Shown here: positions 1 through 6,993 of the stretch, one piece after another
Numbering within the stretch: the stretch's first letter is position 1
Layout of the letters: the number at the start of each line of letters is the position of its first letter
DNA from: Candidatus Eiseniibacteriota bacterium
GTDB lineage: Bacteria; Joyebacterota; Joyebacteria; Joyebacterales; Joyebacteraceae
Reading direction: 5' to 3'
DNA: 14,629 bases
NCBI GenBank assembly: GCA_043819135.1
Contig: JBDRFG010000141.1
Location: 1 to 14,629 of the forward strand
Translations under genes and position numbers: made by a program
The notes under the pieces: generated by a model
What the model was told of the DNA's origin: nothing
What the model saw: only the letters and a program-made list of their open reading frames with translations
Databases searched by the model: none

Positions 1-121
1 TGATGGCGAGGATCCCGATAGCCGGCCCGATACCCTTCTCATCAGCCGCCAGCTCCTTGATCGTGTCGGTCTTGAGCTGCGCCGCCTCCCACCCCTTCTT
101 GATGTAGTCAACGAAGGACAT
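1..121 (-). CDS. Partial (N-terminal) CDS, probable Yip1-like integral membrane protein
   Basis: Minus-strand ATG at 121-119 preceded by strong SD AAGGAGG (~133-127); reads MSFVDYIKKGWEAAQLKTDTIKELAADEKGIGPAIGILAI... off the window edge. Charged helix followed by the start of a hydrophobic segment resembles Yip1-domain N-termini. Not in the ORF track; product call is tentative. Confidence 0.7.
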   Translation of the reverse strand, partial: MSFVDYIKKGWEAAQLKTDTIKELAADEKGIGPAIGILAI

Positions 122-270
122 GAGTTCCTCCTTACTCAGTATAGCCGCCCCGCTTCTCCGGGCCAGCTGCCGCCCGCGCGCCCGCGCTCGTGCAGAATGC
201 CGCCATCACCGCGCTCCGGCGTCGCCGAATCCAGCGTCGCCGGAGCCCGCTGCCACCGCGTTCCCGCGTC

Positions 271-299
271 ACTATATGGCAGGGCGGTTGAGCCCGCAA
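271..299 (-). promoter_or_regulatory. Putative sigma70 promoter for the minus-strand gene
   Basis: Minus strand TTGCGG (299-294) - 17 nt - TATAGT (276-271), in an otherwise very GC-rich intergenic region. Confidence 0.5.
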
Positions 300-440
300 G
301 CGGAAATCCCCAATGTACCCGGGTGGCGACGTCGCGCGTGCACGGTGGACCGACTTGGCCCGCTCGCCCGCCGGGCGCGGTCCCGCGAGCTCCGATTTCG
401 GGGTTTGTGAGGCAACATTCAGCGCTTACACCTGACAAGC

Positions 441-456
441 TGGCATACTCTTTGCA
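441..456 (+). promoter_or_regulatory. Putative sigma54 (RpoN) -24/-12 promoter
   Basis: TGGCAT-ACTCT-TTGCA versus consensus TGGCAC-N5-TTGCW, exact GG-N10-GC spacing; intergenic and oriented towards the 611 CDS. Confidence 0.7.
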
Positions 457-610
457 GTTGGGCATGTAACAGGACACTGAGGGAACCACAGGCGGAGGAT
501 GTGCCGTGGGCGCCATTGCGGCGTAAGGGACAGCACCCGGGGAACATGGCGTTGAGGCACCAGAACAGGACGACGGGCTCGAGGGCCCTCGTCAGAGGAG
601 GGAAGGCAGT

Positions 611-1087
611 ATGCGGAGCAAGTGTGTGATTCTGCAGCGGGCGGCATTGATGGTTGCGGTTCTGGCGATGGCGGTTGCATACGGGGGTTGCAGTTCGGTC
701 GAGCCGACGGATGCCTGGGCTGAGGAGACGGGCAGGGTAGCCGGAACGGTGCGGTCGGATGCCGGCGCCCTTCTGCCGGAGATCGAGGTCTGGCTGTGGA
801 CAGAACTCGGCGTCGAAGGACGCGAGGTATGCTACCAGACCGAGACGGACCAGGATGGCGCGTACGAGCTCAGTGGCGTCGCGATGGCAACGCAGCACTC
901 GTACCAGCAGACGTACTGGATCGGCGCCAACCGGACCGACCAGAGGTCGACGCCTATCGACTCGGACTACTGGACATGGTACGACACGGTGGTCGTCCCC
1001 AGGGGCGCCACGTGCTTGTCGCACCTGGTTATCGAGCGCGTCGATGATGGACCTGAGGACCCCGAAGCCTACATAATAGAGAACTAG
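611..1087 (+). CDS. Putative lipoprotein with carboxypeptidase-regulatory-like (prealbumin-like) beta-sandwich domain
   Basis: Purine-rich SD (GAGGAGGGAAGG) upstream; basic N-region, hydrophobic stretch, then YGG|C27 (lipobox-like, atypical -3 residue); GRVAGTVRSDAGALLPEIEV...TETDQDGAYEL matches the GxVxGxV...TDxxGxY pattern. Confidence 0.75.
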   Translation: MRSKCVILQRAALMVAVLAMAVAYGGCSSVEPTDAWAEETGRVAGTVRSDAGALLPEIEVWLWTELGVEGREVCYQTETDQDGAYELSGVAMATQHSYQQTYWIGANRTDQRSTPIDSDYWTWYDTVVVPRGATCLSHLVIERVDDGPEDPEAYIIEN

Positions 1088-1174
1088 GATCGGTGCGCGC
1101 GGGCGAACGCCCGTGAGCGGTGCCGAAGGCGCCGCGTGCGGAGGTCGTTCAGACAGAGACGTCTGAAGATGAGA

Positions 1175-1201
1175 AGGGGCTGCCGTCTGACGGCAGCCCC
1201 T
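1175..1201 (-). terminator. Intrinsic terminator hairpin downstream of tRNA-Leu (possibly bidirectional)
   Basis: Perfect inverted repeat AGGGGCTGCCG-tctga-CGGCAGCCCCT starting 7 nt past the tRNA CCA; pyrimidine tail on the minus strand. Confidence 0.7.
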
Positions 1202-1207
1202 CGTTGT

Positions 1208-1296
1208 TGGTGCCGGAGGCCGGGATCGAACCGGCATGAGCCTGACGGCCCGCGGGATTTTGAGTCCCGTGCGTCTACCAGTTTCACCACTCCGGC
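1208..1296 (-). tRNA. tRNA-Leu (anticodon CAA)
   Basis: Reverse complement folds as GCCGGAG acceptor / D arm / CGGGA-CT CAA AA-TCCCG / long variable arm GGGCC-GTCA-GGCTC / GCCGG-TTCGATC-CCGGC / CTCCGGC A CCA (CCA encoded). Confidence 0.97.
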
Positions 1297-1316
1297 AATC
1301 TCTGTTTCCGCGCGAC

Positions 1317-1345
1317 ACTCTAGCATTGACATAGCGGGTGGTCAA
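1317..1345 (-). promoter_or_regulatory. sigma70 promoter of tRNA-Leu
   Basis: Minus strand TTGACC (1345-1340) - 17 nt - TAGAGT (1322-1317), with extended -10 TG. Confidence 0.7.
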
Positions 1346-1382
1346 GTGGGTCAGAGGGGCGTCGCGCACGGTCAAATTCGGC

Positions 1383-1410
1383 TTGACGGGGGGTCCAATG
1401 ATGCTAGAAT
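1383..1410 (+). promoter_or_regulatory. sigma70 promoter of tRNA-Ala
   Basis: TTGACG (1383-1388) - 16 nt - TAGAAT (1405-1410), with extended -10 TG, 25 nt upstream of the tRNA. Confidence 0.75.
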
Positions 1411-1435
1411 CACCCGGAGGCACAAGGATGCGCGT

Positions 1436-1512
1436 GGGGCCATAGCTCAGTTGGGATGAGCGCCTGACTGGCAGTCAGGAGGTCGGGGGTTCGATCCCCC
1501 CTGGCTCCACCA
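1436..1512 (+). tRNA. tRNA-Ala (anticodon GGC)
   Basis: GGGGCCA/TGGCTCC acceptor stem with the G3:U70 alanine identity pair; CCTGA-CT GGC AG-TCAGG anticodon arm; GGGGG-TTCGATC-CCCCC T arm; encoded CCA. Confidence 0.97.
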
Positions 1513-1526
1513 CATATTGAAGGGCC

Positions 1527-1570
1527 GATGTCCCGGGCGGACGAACGAGCCGCTCGGGACATTCGCGTTT
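1527..1570 (+). terminator. Probable intrinsic terminator after tRNA-Ala
   Basis: 13-bp stem ATGTCCCGGGCGG (1528-1540) / CCGCTCGGGACAT (1550-1562, one G-U pair), followed by an imperfect U tract TCGCGTTT. Confidence 0.6.
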
Positions 1571-1601
1571 ATGACAGTGATGGCCAGCTCAGGAAAGACT
1601 C

Positions 1602-1630
1602 TTGACAGTACGCCGTACCTGTGATACAAT
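1602..1630 (+). promoter_or_regulatory. Near-consensus sigma70 promoter upstream of the C25 peptidase
   Basis: TTGACA (1602-1607) - 17 nt - TACAAT (1625-1630), with extended -10 TG; predicted TSS ~1637. Confidence 0.8.
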
Positions 1631-1635
1631 TAGAT

Positions 1636-1796
1636 TGAGTCGCGAAACAGGGCGTAGGTGCCCCAACTCACTCCGGAACAGGAGTCTGCCTTTCAGGAAC
1701 TGCTAACGCTCTCAGGCCTTGGACAACCTGGAAACAACCGCCCGATAAGGGTTTGGCAGAGAGACTAGCGGTCGCCTGAAGGTAAACAGACTCCTG
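1636..1796 (+). ncRNA. Candidate structured 5' leader / small RNA (unassigned family)
   Basis: Four nested helices: CAGGAGTCTG/CAGACTCCTG (1679-88/1787-96), CTTTCAGG/CCTGAAGG (1690-97/1775-82), ACTGCTA/TAGCGGT (1699-1705/1766-72), CTCTC/GAGAG (1709-13/1759-63); plus a 5' hairpin 1636-1670; directly downstream of a strong promoter. Confidence 0.5.
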
Positions 1797-1797
1797 G

Positions 1798-1831
1798 ATT
1801 TGTGTGGTCCACGAATTTGTATGGTCCACAA
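1798..1831 (+). repeat. 17-nt tandem direct repeat abutting the RBS
   Basis: ATTTGTGTGGTCCACGA (1798-1814) and ATTTGTATGGTCCACAA (1815-1831), 15/17 identical. Confidence 0.85.
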
Positions 1832-1841
1832 AGAGGTTCGG

Positions 1842-4800
1842 ATGAGGAACAGCGTGCTCAGCTCAGTGGTTGTCTGTTGCATCGTCGGTTACGCTGCGTG
1901 GTCCGGAGCGGCCGTGAACGTAACGGCCGTCAGCTTCGAGCGGGGAGACGTCTCGTTCGAGGCCAACCGCTCATTCCACGACGTGACCATCGACGGCTGC
2001 GCGATGCTCTCAGAGGTCGGCCAGCCCAACCTGCCGGTACGGATTCTCCGATTCGTGATCCCGCCCGACACTCGCGTCGAGGATGTCGTCTTCTCGTGCG
2101 GAGAGATCATCGAGCTTCCGGGAACACACAGGGTCGCTCCGGCGCAGCCGGGAACTCCCACGGGCGTGACACCCCGATGGGTGGACCCGGACCCGGACGT
2201 CTACTCCAGCGACGAGTTGTTCCCTGCCGCGCGAGTTGAGTATCTTGGAGACGGCTACCTCGGCGGACATCGGATTGCGACGGTGGCGGTCCACCCGCTT
2301 CAGTACGCGCCGGCGAGCGGACGGCTGTTCCTGGCTTCTGACCTCTCGGTGGCGCTGTCGCTCGCGCCGGGCGCCGACAGGTCTCGGCCGAGGGACAGGA
2401 TCTCCGCACGTTCGGGCGAGACCTACCGAAGGATGGTGCGGAGCATCGTCGCGAACCCTGAGGACGTGCCCGAGGTGCGCTCCCCGCGAGGAGCTGCGGA
2501 TGCGGAGACAGAGGGGTTCCTTCCCCGCTACGCCCCGTCTCTCGAGGGCAGCGGCGTGGAGTATGTGATCATCACAAGTGACGAGTTCGCATCCGGGTTC
2601 CAGGACTTCGCGGACTGGAAGACGAGACTGGGCGTTCCCTCCGTGGTGCGCACCCTCTCGTGGATCGAGCAGAGCTACCCCGGCGGATCGGATCTGGCCG
2701 AGCGCGTGCGGCTCTTCGTCCAGGACGCCTATTCATCCTGGGGGACCACGTACGTCCTGCTGGGTGGTGACACCGGCGTGGTCCCGGCGAGGTACATCAT
2801 GTCCACTTATCAGATTGGGGAGACAATCCCGGCAGACATCTACTTCTCGTCGCTCGAGGGCGATTGGAACGACGACGGTGACAAGTTCTTCGGCGAAGGC
2901 TACAAGAACCTGGACGCGCCCGGGGACAGCGTCGACCTCTATCCCGACGTCTTCGTTGGACGCGCGCCGGTGAGCAACATCGTTGAACTCGAGACGTTCA
3001 TCTCCAAGTGCCACGCGTACATCGAAGAGCCCGAGGTTCACTTCACCGACAGGAACCTCTTCCTGGCGGAGGTGCTCTTCCCCTACGACTGGGAGAGTGG
3101 TCCGTTCAGCCTGGATGGGGCCACGCACATCATGGAGCCCGCCCTGGACCTGTTCCCCGCCGAGCTGCATCTCTCGAGGCTGTACGCCAACTACTCGGAC
3201 TTCCCAGAATCGCAACCGCTGAACTCGCCCGCGGCCATCGATTCCCTGGGCGCCGGCTACAACATCGCGTTCCACGTCGGTCACGGGAGCAAGGACATCA
3301 TTCGAGTCGGCAACAACAACTACATAACGATGAGCGACATGTCCTCACTGTCGAACGGCCTGTCGAAGTCGTCGTTCATTTGGTTGCTGGACTGTACGAC
3401 CGCCGCCATCGACTTTGACTGCATCGCGGAGAGAGCGCTCAACAACCCCAATGGGGCAGCGGTAGGATCGTTCGGCTCGACGCGGGCCGAGTTCCCGAAC
3501 ACGGTCAAGGACTACCTCTGGGAGTGGATCGACCTTCTGTATACGCACGACGTCCAGAAGGTGGGAGAGACGTGCGCCCTCGCCAAGGCCGCTTTCGCCG
3601 CCCCTCAGATCTCGGGGTTCGAGAACACACACAGGTGGACTCAGCTCGCGATGCTCCTTCTCGGCGATCCCGAGCTTCCTCTGTGGACGTCCCGAGCCCG
3701 CGGCCTGAGTGTGTCGCACGCTCCGTCGGTCACCGTGGGCGAGACCACGCTGTCCGTGACGGTCACGGACGGAACTCCCGTCGAGGGCGCCATGGTCTGC
3801 CTCGCGAAGGACGGCGAGGTCTACGAGCGGGCGCTCACGGGGGTGGACGGCGTGGCCGAGCTGACCATCACACCCGACTCCGAGGGGACGATCACCCTTG
3901 CCGTGACCGCGCGGAACCACATCCCGAGCGAGTCGAGCGTGGGCGTCACGGCCGCCCCCGGACCACATCTCCACGTGGGTTCGATGAGCGTGGACGACGA
4001 CGGGTTCGGCGAGAGCAGCGGCAACGCCAACGGCAAGGCCGAGGCCGGCGAGTCAGTGGAACTCGGCATCGAGTTCAGGAACGGCGGAGTGACTGAAGCG
4101 GCCTCCGTAACCGCGAACCTGACCACCTCCGACCTCAATGTCGTGATCAACGCCGGCACCGAGGTCGTCGGCTCTCTCTCGCCCGAAGGCACAGTTTTCG
4201 TAGACGGGGCGTTCAGCTTCACATCGTCGGTCTCGTGTCCGCCCGAGCACGATGTCGTGTTCACCGTCGAACTGATCGACGGGGCAAGGGCGGTCTGGAC
4301 CGATGAGATCGTCGTGCGCGTTCATCGTCCGGACCTCGGCGGGCTGTTCCTCGAGATAGACGACTCCGCCGGGGACGGCGACGGCACGCCGGAGGCGGGC
4401 GAGACCGTGAATCTCACGCTGGAGATCGTGAACGACGGGACCGGGTTTGCGGACGGCGTCACCGGCACGCTGTCGGCGCCCTCGGGTGGCATTACTGTCG
4501 TGGACGGTGGCGACGTGTGGGGAGACGTCCCGGATGGAGAGACGCGCATCGGCACAACGGGGTTCGAGCTGATCGCCGGCGCCGAGCCCGCAGAACTCCT
4601 CATGCTCGAGCTGATGGACGGCCACGGGAACGCCTGGACGTCGTATCTGGACCTCGCCGGCCCGGCGTCCCCGGACAGCGTCTGGGTCAATGTGAAGGGC
4701 ACGACGATCGAACTGCGCTGGACGGTCGTCGCCGCGTCTGACCTCCGGGGCTATACGGTCCACCGCTCCACGAGTCTGGCCGGCCCATACGAGCGCGTCA

Positions 4801-6578
4801 GCAGCGGCGTGCTCTCGAGCGCCTGTCTCTTTGCCGACAGTGGTCTGGCCGAGAACACGCTTTACCACTACTACATAGCGGCCGTCGACTCCTCCGGGAA
4901 TAGCAGCGACGCGACGGAGGTCATCTCCATAAGCACGAACCCTCCCAGCCAGTCCGGCTGGCCGCTCGCGACCGCAGGCGGCATGTACTCGAGTCCGGCC
5001 GCCGCGGACCTGGACGGTGACGGGTTCCTCGAGATCGTTGTTGCGTCCGAGCACATCTACGCCTGGAGCGCGGCCGGCATCGAAGTGTTCGACGGTGACG
5101 GCGACCCGCGGACGTGCGGGATATTCGAAACGGACGGCAGCGGTGGCTATCGCTGCTCGCCCGCCATCGGTGAGGTCGACGGTGATACGGGGGTCGAGAT
5201 CGTCGCGGCCGCATGGGCGGACGTCAGCGAGTCGGATGCCGGCCTCTACGAGGTCTACGTCTGGAACGCCGAAGACGGCTCCGTGCTACCCGGTTGGCCC
5301 ACACTGACGAGGAAATTCTGCTGGGCGAGCCCCGTGCTCGCAGACCTGGACCGCGACGGGCGCTCCGAGGTCGTCATCGCGTGTGCCGACGGTCTCATCT
5401 ACTGCTGGAACTCCGACGGGTCCGAGTACATCGACGGCGACAACAATCCGTCGACCAATGGTGTCTTCGCCGACCTTCACGGTTTCTGGCTCTACGGTTC
5501 CACGGCCGCCGCCGACCTTGACGGTGATGGCGCGCTGGAGCTGATCCAGCCCGCGACGAACGACAGCGTCTACGCGTTCCACGCCGACGGTTCCAGGGTC
5601 GAAGGGTGGCCCGTCTGCGTCGAGGCGCGAGCGATGTGCTCGCCCGCGGTCGGTGACGTCGACGGCGACGGGGAACTTGAGGTCGCTGTCGGCGCGAATT
5701 CGTCGAAATTCTGGCTCTTCGAGGCCGACGGCACCGTGATGGACGGATGGCCGAAGAACCTGCCGACCTCGGGAGACTTCCCGCCTTCGCCGGTTCTGGC
5801 CGACATCGCCGGAGACGACTGCCTGGAGGTGATTCTCGCCGGGAGGACCGGCTGGGTGCTCGCCGTCGACTACCTCGGCAACGATCTGTCAGGCTGGCCG
5901 AAAAACCTGGGTGAGTACACGTCCTCGAGCCCTGCGGTGGCCGATCTTGACGGCGATCCCGAGATGGAGATCGTGCTTGGCTCCGACAGCGGGAAGATCT
6001 ACGCGTTCGACAGCGATGGGGAGATCCTCGCCGGATGGCCGATCCAGACGGACGCCGAGGTGTTCGGTTCCGCGACCGTCATCGACCTCGACGGGGATGG
6101 GGACAACGAGGTCATTGTCGGCGGAATGGACACGAACGTGTATGTGTGGGATTGTCCCGGCAGATACGACGAGGGCGACGGAGTGGAGTGGGGCGCGTTC
6201 CTGCACGATTCGTGGAGAACGCAGCTGCATGGCTATGTGATCCCGACCGGAGTCGACGACGCGAACGACGATGCGCTCGGTCTCCCGGCATTCGCACTGG
6301 AACAGAACTGCCCGAACCCCTTCAACCCGGTGACGACGATCGGCTTCGCGGTGCCGGGAGGAGAGGGCACTGACGCGAACGTGTCACTCGCGGTCTACGC
6401 CGTTGACGGTTCGCTCGTTAGGATGCTGCTTGACGAACCGCTGGCGCGCGGGCGTCATCACAGCGTCGTGTGGGACGGGCGCGACTCTTCCGGGAATAGC
6501 GCTGCGTCGGGCGTCTACTTCTACCGCCTGGCCTACGATGAGGGAGTCGAGTCGCGCAGCATGGTGCTCATGAAGTAG
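1842..6578 (+). CDS. Secreted gingipain-like C25 cysteine peptidase with propeptide, Ig-like domains, FN3, FG-GAP/VCBS propeller and C-terminal T9SS-type/FlgD-Ig domain (~1578 aa)
   Basis: ATG 1842 with SD AAGAGG and Sec signal peptide; propeptide motif GQPNLP; C25 motifs YVIIT, YVLLGGD, D.FVGRAP, catalytic HVGHGS (His codon 3282) and LLDC (Cys codon 3393), LLGDPEL; two DD..G.G.G..EAGE.V.L repeats; FN3 (LRW...YHYYIAAVD.SGN.S); eight SP...D.DGDG..E repeats; tail LEQNCPNPFNP...SGVYFYRL. Confidence 0.92.
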   Translation: MRNSVLSSVVVCCIVGYAAWSGAAVNVTAVSFERGDVSFEANRSFHDVTIDGCAMLSEVGQPNLPVRILRFVIPPDTRVEDVVFSCGEIIELPGTHRVAPAQPGTPTGVTPRWVDPDPDVYSSDELFPAARVEYLGDGYLGGHRIATVAVHPLQYAPASGRLFLASDLSVALSLAPGADRSRPRDRISARSGETYRRMVRSIVANPEDVPEVRSPRGAADAETEGFLPRYAPSLEGSGVEYVIITSDEFASGFQDFADWKTRLGVPSVVRTLSWIEQSYPGGSDLAERVRLFVQDAYSSWGTTYVLLGGDTGVVPARYIMSTYQIGETIPADIYFSSLEGDWNDDGDKFFGEGYKNLDAPGDSVDLYPDVFVGRAPVSNIVELETFISKCHAYIEEPEVHFTDRNLFLAEVLFPYDWESGPFSLDGATHIMEPALDLFPAELHLSRLYANYSDFPESQPLNSPAAIDSLGAGYNIAFHVGHGSKDIIRVGNNNYITMSDMSSLSNGLSKSSFIWLLDCTTAAIDFDCIAERALNNPNGAAVGSFGSTRAEFPNTVKDYLWEWIDLLYTHDVQKVGETCALAKAAFAAPQISGFENTHRWTQLAMLLLGDPELPLWTSRARGLSVSHAPSVTVGETTLSVTVTDGTPVEGAMVCLAKDGEVYERALTGVDGVAELTITPDSEGTITLAVTARNHIPSESSVGVTAAPGPHLHVGSMSVDDDGFGESSGNANGKAEAGESVELGIEFRNGGVTEAASVTANLTTSDLNVVINAGTEVVGSLSPEGTVFVDGAFSFTSSVSCPPEHDVVFTVELIDGARAVWTDEIVVRVHRPDLGGLFLEIDDSAGDGDGTPEAGETVNLTLEIVNDGTGFADGVTGTLSAPSGGITVVDGGDVWGDVPDGETRIGTTGFELIAGAEPAELLMLELMDGHGNAWTSYLDLAGPASPDSVWVNVKGTTIELRWTVVAASDLRGYTVHRSTSLAGPYERVSSGVLSSACLFADSGLAENTLYHYYIAAVDSSGNSSDATEVISISTNPPSQSGWPLATAGGMYSSPAAADLDGDGFLEIVVASEHIYAWSAAGIEVFDGDGDPRTCGIFETDGSGGYRCSPAIGEVDGDTGVEIVAAAWADVSESDAGLYEVYVWNAEDGSVLPGWPTLTRKFCWASPVLADLDRDGRSEVVIACADGLIYCWNSDGSEYIDGDNNPSTNGVFADLHGFWLYGSTAAADLDGDGALELIQPATNDSVYAFHADGSRVEGWPVCVEARAMCSPAVGDVDGDGELEVAVGANSSKFWLFEADGTVMDGWPKNLPTSGDFPPSPVLADIAGDDCLEVILAGRTGWVLAVDYLGNDLSGWPKNLGEYTSSSPAVADLDGDPEMEIVLGSDSGKIYAFDSDGEILAGWPIQTDAEVFGSATVIDLDGDGDNEVIVGGMDTNVYVWDCPGRYDEGDGVEWGAFLHDSWRTQLHGYVIPTGVDDANDDALGLPAFALEQNCPNPFNPVTTIGFAVPGGEGTDANVSLAVYAVDGSLVRMLLDEPLARGRHHSVVWDGRDSSGNSAASGVYFYRLAYDEGVESRSMVLMK

Positions 6579-6652
6579 CTCCCGTAGCTCGCCGCCGGCT
6601 GATCGGGGAATCGGAGTCGGCAGCGACGGCAGACAGTGTTGATGGAGAGAAG

Positions 6653-6683
6653 AGGGGAGGAGCCCGACGGCTCCTCCCTTCGT
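6653..6683 (+). terminator. Probable terminator hairpin after the C25 peptidase
   Basis: Perfect 10-bp stem GGGAGGAGCC (6655-6664) - cgac - GGCTCCTCCC (6669-6678), followed by a short TTCGT tail. Confidence 0.55.
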
Positions 6684-6895
6684 CGCGCCGGGCCTCGCTC
6701 CGGATACCGCAGGTTTGCGCGTTTGGACAGGTTGGTGTCCCGCGAGGTCGGCGGGAGCGATCCCCATCCCGCCGCGGCCCCCGTGCATGTGCGGGCGCCC
6801 ACTTCGACCCCGAGACCCGCGGTTCGCGGGCAACTTGGCCCCCGAGCCCCCCCGCCCGAAACCTACAGAATCAGCCTCTATTCCCATATTTCCGC

Positions 6896-6924
6896 TTGAC
6901 AGGTACAGGCCCCGCACCTAGTAT
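6896..6924 (+). promoter_or_regulatory. sigma70 promoter of the dcw operon (Pmra-like)
   Basis: TTGACA (6896-6901) - 17 nt - TAGTAT (6919-6924). Confidence 0.75.
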
Positions 6925-6932
6925 CCCACGCT

Positions 6933-6957
6933 GTGGGCCGAAGTGGGATGAAGTGGG
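6933..6957 (+). promoter_or_regulatory. MraZ-binding direct repeats (3 x GTGGG, 10-nt period)
   Basis: GTGGG at 6933, 6943 and 6953, just downstream of the promoter; matches the known TGGG/GTGG repeat operator of MraZ. Confidence 0.85.
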
Positions 6958-6993
6958 TCGATTCGGCCAGCTCGCGGATGGGGAGGGGCACTC

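Noticed and set aside
419..1423. 334-aa minus-strand ORF
   Set aside because: Runs through tRNA-Leu and antisense to the lipoprotein gene; Arg/Pro-rich composition without motifs.
1679..1796. Fluoride or glycine riboswitch, or 6S/SRP RNA identity for the leader
   Set aside because: GGAGTCTGCC and GACTCCTG resemble fluoride-switch pieces, but the 5' GGCRAUG and GCURAUG elements are missing. CTTTCAGG, CTCTCAGG and GAGAGAC..GTCGCC.GAAGG resemble glycine-aptamer pieces but are in the wrong order. No SRP GGAA..GCAG domain or 6S closing stem/central bubble was found. Left unassigned pending an Rfam scan.
1798..1831. Mini CRISPR array
   Set aside because: Only two 17-nt units, no spacer and no cas genes.
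1208..6578. Genomic island integrated at tRNA-Leu or tRNA-Ala
   Set aside because: No integrase, no duplicated tRNA 3' end (att site) seen in the window, and no obvious compositional shift.
6600..6890. RNase P RNA (rnpB) upstream of mraZ; GGAGTCGG...GGGGAGGAG and ACAGAA are superficially similar
   Set aside because: The universally conserved GAGGAAAGUCC motif and its P4 partner are absent on both strands; the remaining short hairpins are expected at this GC content.
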